From Chloroflexota bacterium (GTDB lineage Bacteria > Chloroflexota > Limnocylindria > P2-11E), in the NCBI GenBank assembly GCA_031395235.1, contig JANNUM010000016.1, positions 1-27,303 of the forward strand: a DNA stretch of 27,303 nt, in the 5' to 3' direction. Position 1 is the stretch's first letter. Each line of letters opens with the position of its first letter. The position numbers were made by a program, and so were the translations under genes. The notes beneath the pieces were generated by a model. The model had not been told where the DNA came from. It saw only the letters and a list, made by a program, of their open reading frames with translations, and searched no databases. Positions 7,655-14,874 of this stretch are shown here, piece by piece.

Positions 7655-8356
7655 CTTTGGCACGAGGGCAGCGGTGGTCACCTCAAGCTGCGCGAAGCGC
7701 CCATCGTCGCGGCGCTCGCCCGCACGCCATGCGAGCGGTCGCGCGAAGAACGGACCGGCGAACGCGAACGAGTGGTATTCGCCGTTCTCGCCACACGGAT
7801 CGATGCCGGTTGCGGCGACGTCGCGCACGAAGTCCGCATCGACCACGCGTCCGAGCCACGACGCGTCGAGCTTCGCGGTTTCGACACAGGTCAGCACGGC
7901 TCGCCCACCGATCGCGACGAATTCGGAGAGCAGCGCGGCCGACGCCTCGCCCCACAGCGGCTCGACGTGGTCCAGGCCGAACGCGCGCGTGCGCTCCTCG
8001 TACCACGCGCGGACGTCCGCGAGATGGATGTCGCCGAACACGATGCCACGACAACCCTGCTGCACGAGCGCGGCGAACGTCTCGCGCAGCGACGGGTCAA
8101 AGGTCTCCCAGTCGGTCGGCACGCTCAAGAGTGGCACACCGGCCGCCTCTGCCTGGAGCGCGATCGCGTCGACCGGTGTGGCGTGGAACCGCACGCGCGC
8201 AGTCGCGCGGTCGTAGACGTTGACGAGCCAGTCGACCCGCAGTCCGCGGCGACGCGCACGCCAGAGCGCCAGGGCGCTGTCCTTGCCACCGGACCACATC
8301 AGCGCGTACCGCTCCGCGGCTTCTCGCGCCTTCGACTGCTCGCAGTAGGAGTTCAT
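7652..8356 (-). CDS. DUF71/COG2102 (diphthine-ammonia ligase-like) PP-loop ATP pyrophosphatase
   Basis: LMWSGGKDSALAL (PP-loop), IVFGDIHLADVRAWYE, EPLWG, DPCGENGEYHSF. ATG at 8356 in an ATGA overlap with the microprotein stop. Confidence 0.9.
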   Translation of the reverse strand: MNSYCEQSKAREAAERYALMWSGGKDSALALWRARRRGLRVDWLVNVYDRATARVRFHATPVDAIALQAEAAGVPLLSVPTDWETFDPSLRETFAALVQQGCRGIVFGDIHLADVRAWYEERTRAFGLDHVEPLWGEASAALLSEFVAIGGRAVLTCVETAKLDASWLGRVVDADFVRDVAATGIDPCGENGEYHSFAFAGPFFARPLAWRAGERRDDGRFAQLEVTTAALVPK

Positions 8357-8568
8357 TCGACGATCCCGTAGCGCGCGTCGACAACACCGGCGCGCACGAC
8401 GTGGACACACAGCCCGGCGATGCAGCCGTTCGAGGCGCAGCGCGCCGTGCAGAGATGACCACGCGCGCAGCCGATGCAGAACCGCGCGTCCTTGCAGACA
8501 TCGCAGCGCGCGTAGCGCCCGAGATCGAGCGTCGCGTCGCACGCCGCGCAGCGGTCCTCAGCCGGCAC
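8353..8568 (-). CDS. 71-aa Cys-rich putative metal-binding microprotein
   Basis: 10 Cys and 2 His with CxxC x3; overlaps btuD by 11 nt and the DUF71 gene by 4 nt (ATGA), filling the operon gap exactly. Confidence 0.75.
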   Translation of the reverse strand: MPAEDRCAACDATLDLGRYARCDVCKDARFCIGCARGHLCTARCASNGCIAGLCVHVVRAGVVDARYGIVE

Positions 8569-9361
8569 GAGCGTGCCGCTCCTCTACGGTGGCGGGCTCC
8601 GGGATCACGAAGGGCCGCCCGTCGTGCGCGACGACGCGCAGGCCCGGACCGAAGACCTCCGCGACGAGCTCGGCCGTGATGACGCGGCTCGGCTCCCCGT
8701 CGCGGACGACGGCGCCGTCCGCGAGCAGGACGACGCGCGATGCGAACGCGGCGGCCAGATTCAGATCGTGCAGGACGGCGACGACCGCGAGACCCCGCAC
8801 GCGGGCGAGCGTCACGACCCGCTCGAGCGTCGCGCGCTGGTGCGCCGGGTCGAGATGCGCCGTCGGCTCGTCGAGCAGCAGCACGCCGGCCTCCTGCGCG
8901 AGGGCCATCGCGAGCACGGCACGCTGACGCTCGCCGCCCGACACCCGGTCGATGCGACGGTCGGCCAGGTCCGTGGCACCGATGTCGTCGAGGGCGCGGG
9001 CGACGGCGCGCGCATCGTCGGAGCCGAGGGTCCCGAGCGGTCCTAGCCGCGACGTCCGGCCGAGCGCGACGATCTCACGGACGGTGAACGGAAAGAGCGT
9101 CTCGAAGACCTGCGGCACGACCGCGATGTGACGCGCGATGGAGCGGCGGTCCAGCGCCGTCACGTCGACGCCGTCGATCGTCACGCTGCCCGCCACTGGT
9201 CGCAGCAGTCCGCCGAGCACGCGCAGCAGCGTGGACTTCCCGGCGCCGTTCGGACCGATGAGCGCGACGAGCTCCCCCGCATGCGCGACGAGCCCGACGC
9301 CGCGAAGCACCTCACGCTCGCGATACCCGGCCCTGATCCCGCGGGCTACGACGCTGCTCAA
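8558..9361 (-). CDS. btuD: Cobalamin/Fe-siderophore ABC transporter ATPase
   Basis: Walker A GPNGAGKST, signature VSGGERQR, Walker B LLLDEP, H-loop VLHDLNLAA; TTG start in a TTGA overlap. Confidence 0.9.
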   Translation of the reverse strand: MSSVVARGIRAGYREREVLRGVGLVAHAGELVALIGPNGAGKSTLLRVLGGLLRPVAGSVTIDGVDVTALDRRSIARHIAVVPQVFETLFPFTVREIVALGRTSRLGPLGTLGSDDARAVARALDDIGATDLADRRIDRVSGGERQRAVLAMALAQEAGVLLLDEPTAHLDPAHQRATLERVVTLARVRGLAVVAVLHDLNLAAAFASRVVLLADGAVVRDGEPSRVITAELVAEVFGPGLRVVAHDGRPFVIPEPATVEERHARAG

Positions 9362-10344
9362 ACGAGATCCCGCCGCGAGCGCACGAGCAGCACGAGGAAG
9401 AACGGCGCACCGACGAGGCCCGTGATGACGCCCACCGGCAGCTCCGCGGGAGCGAGCGCGGTCCGCGCGCCGAGATCGGCGAGCACCAGGGCCATGGCGC
9501 CGGCCGGGATGCTCGCGACGATGAGGCGCCGGTGCGTCGCTCCGAGCAGGAAACGAAGCGCGTGCGGGATCACCAGCCCGACGAACCCGACGAGGCCGCC
9601 GATCGCGACAGCGGCGCCGGTGAGCAGCGCGGTCGTGGCAAGCACCGCCGCGGTCGTCCGATCGAGATCCACACCGAGCGCCGCCGCGGTCTCCTCGCCG
9701 AACGCGTACGCGTCGATGCGTGGCGCGAGCAGCAGCGCACCGATCACGCCGACCGTGACGACGGCCGCGGCCACCGCGAGCTCGCTCCAGTTGATGACCG
9801 AGATGCCGCCCTGCAGCCAGCCGAGGACGGCACGCAGGCGGAGCGCGAGACGATCGCTCGAGACGAGGATGAACGTCACGAGCGCACCAGCGAATGACGT
9901 GAGCACGACGCCGGCGAGCAGGACGGTGAGGACGGTCGTTCTCCCGCCAAGGCGCGCGAGGCGCCAGACGAGCGCGATCGCACCCATCGCGCCGCCGAAT
10001 GCGGCGAGTGGCACGAGCGCCGGCTCAAGCCCGAGCGCGACCGCCAGCACCGCGCCAAGGGATGCGCCCGCGGACGTCCCGGTGACGAAGGGATCCGCCA
10101 GCGGATTCCGCAGCATGCCCTGGAGCAGGGTGCCGGCCGCCGCGAGCGCGCCGCCGACGAGCGCCGCGCCGAGCACGCGCGGCAGACGGAGCTCGCGGAT
10201 GATCGTGCCATTCGTCCCCTCCGCGCCGAGCAGCGCCGAGAGCACCTCGCCTGGCGCGATGGCCACGGCGCCGACGAGGATGCCCGCAGCCGCGCTCACG
10301 ACGAGAGCGGCCGCGAGCAGCGCGAAGACGGTGAGGGTGCGCAA
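9358..10344 (-). CDS. btuC: Cobalamin/Fe-siderophore ABC permease (FecCD/BtuC family)
   Basis: LRLPRVLGAALVGGALA, RNPLADPFVTGTSAGA, GEETAAALGVD, GFVGLVIPH; TTG start directly after the btuF stop. Confidence 0.92.
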   Translation of the reverse strand: MRTLTVFALLAAALVVSAAAGILVGAVAIAPGEVLSALLGAEGTNGTIIRELRLPRVLGAALVGGALAAAGTLLQGMLRNPLADPFVTGTSAGASLGAVLAVALGLEPALVPLAAFGGAMGAIALVWRLARLGGRTTVLTVLLAGVVLTSFAGALVTFILVSSDRLALRLRAVLGWLQGGISVINWSELAVAAAVVTVGVIGALLLAPRIDAYAFGEETAAALGVDLDRTTAAVLATTALLTGAAVAIGGLVGFVGLVIPHALRFLLGATHRRLIVASIPAGAMALVLADLGARTALAPAELPVGVITGLVGAPFFLVLLVRSRRDLV

Positions 10345-11283
10345 CTACCGGAAGAGCTCCGGATGCACGAGCCTGGCGTACGCCTCCGCGGCCTCGCCGA
10401 CGCGAGGACCGGGCCGGTTGATCAGGTTGGCGGCGATCGTGACGATCCGCTTGTTCTTCACCGCGCTGACCTGTGACCATCCCGTTCGCCCAGCGACCTG
10501 GTCCGGTTTGGCCGAATAGTCGGACGCGTCGAGAACGATGATCTCCGGATCGCTCCGGAGGATCTCCTCCGCCGAGAGCTGCGGGTATGCGCTGGTCGCG
10601 CGCGCGGCGATATTCTGGCCGCCCGCGATCTCGATCAGGTCGTGGATGTACGACCCGGGTCCGACGGTGAAGATCTTGATCGGGTCGGAGGCGTCGATCT
10701 CGTGATACACGCGCGGCCTCATCGCCGCGGCTGACATCTTCGACCTGACGTCGTCCACACGCTTCTGGATGTCGCGCGCCATCGCCTCGCCGTCGCTCCC
10801 GACGGCTCGCCCCAGCAGGATCGCGGTGCGCGCGACGTCACCGACGCTCTGCGGATCGACGACGAGCACGAGGAGACCTGCACCCGCGAGCTTCTCGATC
10901 GTGCCGTCGGAGAACTTCACGCTGAGAACGAGGTCGGGCTTGAGGGAAACGACCTTTTCGAAGTTGACCTTGATGCCGCCGACCTTCTCGAGCTGCTTCG
11001 CCGCCGCAGGCTCGTCCGAGAAGTCATCCGCGCCGACGACCCGCGCTCCCGCGCCGAGCGCGAAGAGGAACTCGGTGATCGACGGGCCGATGGAAACGAT
11101 GCGCTCCGGACGCTTCGGGACCGTGACGGACCGGTTCTGGAAGTCGGTGACCGTGGCCGGGAACGTGGCGACGGTCGCTGAGGCGATGGGTTGCTGCGTG
11201 GGGGTCGGCGTGGGCGCGGCGGCGCCACAGGCGGAGGCGACGAAGAGGAGGACGACGAGGATGGGCGCGAGACGGAAACGCAT
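10345..11283 (-). CDS. btuF: Cobalamin-binding lipoprotein (BtuF-like helical-backbone substrate-binding protein)
   Basis: Start ATG 11283 with SD AAGGAG; signal peptide with lipobox ASA-C; PERIVSIGPSITEFLFALG, PDLVL, TVGPGSYIHDLIEIAGGQN. B12 specificity inferred from the riboswitch. Confidence 0.88.
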   Translation of the reverse strand: MRFRLAPILVVLLFVASACGAAAPTPTPTQQPIASATVATFPATVTDFQNRSVTVPKRPERIVSIGPSITEFLFALGAGARVVGADDFSDEPAAAKQLEKVGGIKVNFEKVVSLKPDLVLSVKFSDGTIEKLAGAGLLVLVVDPQSVGDVARTAILLGRAVGSDGEAMARDIQKRVDDVRSKMSAAAMRPRVYHEIDASDPIKIFTVGPGSYIHDLIEIAGGQNIAARATSAYPQLSAEEILRSDPEIIVLDASDYSAKPDQVAGRTGWSQVSAVKNKRIVTIAANLINRPGPRVGEAAEAYARLVHPELFR

Positions 11284-11289
11284 TTTGGC

Positions 11290-11428
11290 TCCACTCCTTT
11301 TTCGCGAAGGCGTGTTGGCCGCGAGCAGGAGTACCAGGCGACCTGAGTTAGGACGAACGTCCATCACAGTGGCGCGACCCTGCCGGAATCTCACCGGCTT
11401 CGCTGGGACCCTGCCTATTCAGTTGTGG
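11290..11428 (-). ncRNA. Cobalamin riboswitch (short, class-II-like) with expression platform
   Basis: Minus strand: ACAACTGAATAGG...AAGCCGGTGAGATTCCGGC (P4 with T-loop, 11382-11398) AGGGTCGC GCCACTG (11367-11373) TGAT GGAC-GTTC-GTCC TAACTCAGG. An anti-SD ACTCCT (11327-11332) is complementary to the SD AGGAGT (11293-11298). Lies directly upstream of btuFCD. Confidence 0.88.
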
Positions 11429-11440
11429 GCATGCGAGGCG

Positions 11441-11704
11441 CTACGCGGGGACGCGCTGGGTCGTGTACTTCACCGCGTCGGTGAGGTGGGTCTCGAAGAG
11501 ACGCTGAAGGGTCATGACATGGGCGCACAGACCCGAGGTATGGAAGTGATCGCATTCGCACGACCACTCATCTCCGTGGAGCGAGACGCTATGGGAGCTG
11601 TTGTCGCCGCGGAATCGGACCTCGAATTCCTGAAAGGTGATCCGCTGGGGCTCTTCGGCGTATCGCTTGGCCTTCTCGATCTTGGAGATGAGGCTCGAGT
11701 ACAT
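11441..11704 (-). CDS. Small SWIM-type zinc-finger protein (87 aa)
   Basis: MYSSLISKIEKAKRYAEEP...CECDHFHTSGLCAH (CxC-x8-CxH); strong SD GGAGG 7 nt before the ATG. Confidence 0.8.
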   Translation of the reverse strand: MYSSLISKIEKAKRYAEEPQRITFQEFEVRFRGDNSSHSVSLHGDEWSCECDHFHTSGLCAHVMTLQRLFETHLTDAVKYTTQRVPA

Positions 11705-11753
11705 CCACCGACCTCCACCGCTCCGTCGTTCCGGCTGGCGCCGGACGAGAGGG

Positions 11754-11759
11754 ATTCTA
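11754..11759 (-). promoter_or_regulatory. -10 element TAGAAT upstream of the SWIM gene
   Basis: Near-consensus TAGAAT about 50 nt upstream of ATG 11704; it uses the TAG stop of the HD-GYP gene. Confidence 0.45.
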
Positions 11760-13130
11760 ACTCGCCACCACTCGCGGGTGCGTGTGCGGCGCGTCGTCGG
11801 CGATCGCGGCCAGGCGGGCCACGGGAATGCTGAGGAATGCGGTCACGACGGCCGGATCGAACTGCGACCCGCCGCAGCGCCGGATCTCTTCGCGCGCGGC
11901 GTCGATGAGCAGCCCACGGCGATACGGGCGGTCGCTCGTCATGGCGTCGAACGAGTCGCCCACCGCGAAGATGCGGGCGCCAAGAGGGATATGGTCACCC
12001 TTGAGCCCGTTCGGGTAACCCATCCCGTCCCAACGCTCGTGATGGTGCCGAACGATCCGCGCGACGTCTTCCAGGAACGGGATGCCCGAGATGATCTGCG
12101 CGCCGAACTCGGGGTGGCGCTTCATCACGGCCCATTCCTTTTCGCTGAGAGCGGTCGGCTTGCGGAGAACGTTGTCCGGGACACCGATCTTGCCGACGTC
12201 GTGGAGCAGCGCGCCGCGGCGCAGCGTCGCGAGCTCCGCGCCGCGGATGTTCATCTGCTCGAGCAGCAGCTCCATGTATGCGACGACGCGGTCGGAGTGG
12301 CCACCCGTCTCGTTGTCGCGGAAGTCGAGCGCGCTGGTCAGAGCCGTGAGGGTCGCGTCGTAGGTGCGCTCGCGCAGCGCGAGCGCGTCCTCGAGCGCGC
12401 CGGCCTGCGCGACGATCCGCTTCGAGGACCGTGCATAGACGCCGCGCAGCACCAGCCAGAGGAAGGCCGCGGCAAAGGCGATGATCGCCGCGAGGGTGAC
12501 CTGGATGCGCATGAGCGCGGCGTCGATCGCAGCCATGTCGCGCCAGACGACGACAGCTCCGACGGTCTGACCCTTCTGTTTCACCGGGCTCCAGGCCTCC
12601 AGCGAGCGGATCTCGCTCGTGCCGGGACCGGGTGTCGCGCTCGAGCCTGCGGCCGAGACCCCACCGGAGTGATGCGTGTTATAGGTGCCGAAGCCGAGCG
12701 CCGTGCCCGGGACGCCGAGCTTCGGATCGGCCACGATCGTCGTCCGCTCTGCCGTGCGCATGCCCTTCAGCGCGGCGTCGAGCTGCTGATACGTGCCGAG
12801 ATCGAGACGACGGCCGACCTCGTCCTGATCGTACGAGAAGACGATGGCGCCGCTGCGATCGAAGAACTGGGTCGCTACGACGTTGTAGATCGAGAAGTGG
12901 AACGAGACGTCCCTCCTGAGCTCCCGTTGCTCGTCGGACGACAGACCTCGCTCGAACACCTCGTCGCCAAAGACCGTGCCGAAGTGGCTCGCCACAGCAG
13001 CCTGAGTGAAGGCAGTCGTCTCATCCTGGACGTAGCGGCCCACGAGGTAGGCGGTGCCCGTCGCGAGCACCGGCGCGGTCAGGGCGAGCACGGCGGCGAG
13101 GGCCAGCGAGAAGCGCGCGACCGGGCTCAT
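11757..13130 (-). CDS. Membrane-anchored sensor HD-GYP cyclic-di-GMP phosphodiesterase
   Basis: Two TM helices flank an extracytoplasmic domain. C-terminal D-FRDNETGGHSDRV, LLHDVGKIG, RHPEFG, HHHERWDGMGYP, DSFDAMTSDRPYR form a complete HD-GYP motif set. Start uncertain (13130; in-frame ATG 13154 or GTG 13181 also possible). Confidence 0.92.
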   Translation of the reverse strand: MSPVARFSLALAAVLALTAPVLATGTAYLVGRYVQDETTAFTQAAVASHFGTVFGDEVFERGLSSDEQRELRRDVSFHFSIYNVVATQFFDRSGAIVFSYDQDEVGRRLDLGTYQQLDAALKGMRTAERTTIVADPKLGVPGTALGFGTYNTHHSGGVSAAGSSATPGPGTSEIRSLEAWSPVKQKGQTVGAVVVWRDMAAIDAALMRIQVTLAAIIAFAAAFLWLVLRGVYARSSKRIVAQAGALEDALALRERTYDATLTALTSALDFRDNETGGHSDRVVAYMELLLEQMNIRGAELATLRRGALLHDVGKIGVPDNVLRKPTALSEKEWAVMKRHPEFGAQIISGIPFLEDVARIVRHHHERWDGMGYPNGLKGDHIPLGARIFAVGDSFDAMTSDRPYRRGLLIDAAREEIRRCGGSQFDPAVVTAFLSIPVARLAAIADDAPHTHPRVVAS

Positions 13131-13294
13131 GACGCCCCGCCCGAGGTCCCCCATGCCACCGCTGGTACGCACGCGGCTCACGCCTTGGATGGCTCCCCTT
13201 ACGTAGTTGATCGCTCGCGCGTGAGCATCGCGGTGACGCGTATAGCGGGGATAACTCGCGCGGGGGATGCCGGGTGGCTGGCGGGTATCGGTGT

Positions 13295-13816
13295 TTAGGG
13301 CCGCGGTGGCTTGTATGCCCGCCACGCATCGAGGCCACGCGCAGTAGACGGCCAAGCCAGCTCCTCGAGCGCGGGGAGCTCGTCGCGCGGGAAGAAGCGC
13401 GCCTCGGACGCCTCGTCGGGCGCCACGCGCAGCTCGCCGCGTTCGATGCGGGCCCGGTAGACGACGACCAGGATCGGGAAGCCCGGCCGCATCCAGCTCG
13501 CGAGCAGTCCATCGAGGCTGACGTGGAAGCCGGTCTCCTCCTCGGTCTCGCGCACCGCGGCCTGCTCCGGTGTCTCGTCGTCCTCGACCAGACCGCCGGG
13601 GAGCGCCCAGTGGCCGTCTCTCGGACCGTAATTCAGGCGCATCAGGAGCACTCCGCCGTCCCGCTCGACGATCGTGTTCGCGCCGATCTGCACGTGCATG
13701 AAGTCGGCGAAGTCGCACACCGGACAGGTCGGACGGTCGCGTCCGTCGATGCGCGTCGGGACGAGCGCCGTGCCATCGCGCGGGCAGAACGCGAAGCGCG
13801 ACGCGCGGTGGATCAC
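13295..13816 (-). CDS. Nudix hydrolase with an N-terminal zinc ribbon
   Basis: FCPRDG...CPVC ribbon; Nudix box GGLVEDDETPEQAAVRETEEETG; GTGA overlap with the upstream gene. Confidence 0.9.
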   Translation of the reverse strand: MIHRASRFAFCPRDGTALVPTRIDGRDRPTCPVCDFADFMHVQIGANTIVERDGGVLLMRLNYGPRDGHWALPGGLVEDDETPEQAAVRETEEETGFHVSLDGLLASWMRPGFPILVVVYRARIERGELRVAPDEASEARFFPRDELPALEELAWPSTARGLDAWRAYKPPRP

Positions 13817-14874
13817 CCCTTGGCGAGTCGCTCCTTGAGGTGATCGATCGACTTGACCGGCGTCGGGTCGGCGCCGTTGAGCAGCGCGACATAGAAGGAG
13901 ACGTAGTCGGTGAAGAGCGTCAGTTGCAGGATCTCAGAGAACATGCTCGAGCCGCTGAACTGCAGGGTCTTGTGCGGGATGGTCGCGCGGTCGAGGAGGT
14001 CGCGCGTCACGTCGAAGCGGAGCTTGTGGCGCGGGTTGTCGCGATCGCTGCGCAGCAGGAGCACGGTGAGCGCCTCGCGCGCGACGTCGGGATGCGGAAA
14101 GCCGACTACCGCGTTGTGGTTGAGCTCGCTCATGACGTCGTAGGCGGCCCAGTTCTTCGCGTTCTCGTTCCACTGGCCTTTGACGCGGCGCGCCATGACG
14201 CCCATCACGCCGGCGCCGTAGGCGAAAATGACGCGACCATAAAGCTCGATCGCGAGCTTCTTCGCGTCATTCGTCCGCGCTCCCTCGTGCACGCGCTCCT
14301 CGAGCTTCGCGAGATCCGCGAGCGCGGCATCCACGTCGGTCGAGAGGTCACGCACGAACCCGAGGCGTACGAGCGCTCCGAGCACGAGGCCGAGGGAGTA
14401 GCCGAGCGCCGCGCGCGGCTGCGCCGCGTAGCTGAAGCTGATCACGGGGTACCGAGCGGCCTTCGAGAGCTCCGCGATCCTGCCGCCGGTCGTCAGCGCG
14501 AGGATGCGCGCCCCGCGGCGCTGCGCCTCCTCGAAGCTCGAGAGCGTCTCTTCGGTGTTGCCCGAGTACGAGGAGACGATCACGAGCGAGTCGCGCCCGA
14601 CGTAGGCCGGGAGTCCGTAATCGCGATGCACGCTCATCGGGACCTTCAGATCGCCGGAGAGCAGCGCCGCCGCGAGGTCGCCACCGATCGCGGAGCCGCC
14701 CATGCCAGCGACCGTGATATTGCGCACGTCTCCGTGCGCCGGCGGAAGCTGCGCTGCGCGCGCGATCGTCCACGCGTCGCGCACCTGCTTCGGGAGATCC
14801 TTGATGCGGTCGAGCATGTTGCCGGGGTCGGCCGCGCGGATGCGCTCGACCGATTCGATCACTGTCGTATCCAT
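13813..14874 (-). CDS. Bifunctional phosphoglucose/phosphomannose isomerase (SIS domain, archaeal-type)
   Basis: GMGGSAIGG, SSYSGNTEETL, TTGG, RRVKGQWNENAK, ELNHNAVVG. ATG 14874 in a TGATG overlap. Confidence 0.9.
   Translation of the reverse strand: MDTTVIESVERIRAADPGNMLDRIKDLPKQVRDAWTIARAAQLPPAHGDVRNITVAGMGGSAIGGDLAAALLSGDLKVPMSVHRDYGLPAYVGRDSLVIVSSYSGNTEETLSSFEEAQRRGARILALTTGGRIAELSKAARYPVISFSYAAQPRAALGYSLGLVLGALVRLGFVRDLSTDVDAALADLAKLEERVHEGARTNDAKKLAIELYGRVIFAYGAGVMGVMARRVKGQWNENAKNWAAYDVMSELNHNAVVGFPHPDVAREALTVLLLRSDRDNPRHKLRFDVTRDLLDRATIPHKTLQFSGSSMFSEILQLTLFTDYVSFYVALLNGADPTPVKSIDHLKERLAKG

Noticed and set aside
13283-13300. TAAAC-ACCGATAC looks like sigma28 promoter elements
   Set aside because: The spacing between TAAA and CCGATA is about 3 nt instead of about 15.
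13285-13335. AAGCCACCGCGGCCCTAAAC resembles part of a c-di-GMP-I riboswitch, upstream of an HD-GYP gene
   Set aside because: It is the last codons of the Nudix gene (YKPPRP-stop); the GGCAAACC/GAAA tetraloop stem and the downstream pairing partner are absent. A cmscan run would settle it.
11757-13892. 711-aa version of the HD-GYP ORF
   Set aside because: The N-terminal extension overlaps the Nudix gene out of frame and the intergenic region; protein-like sequence starts near 13130-13181.
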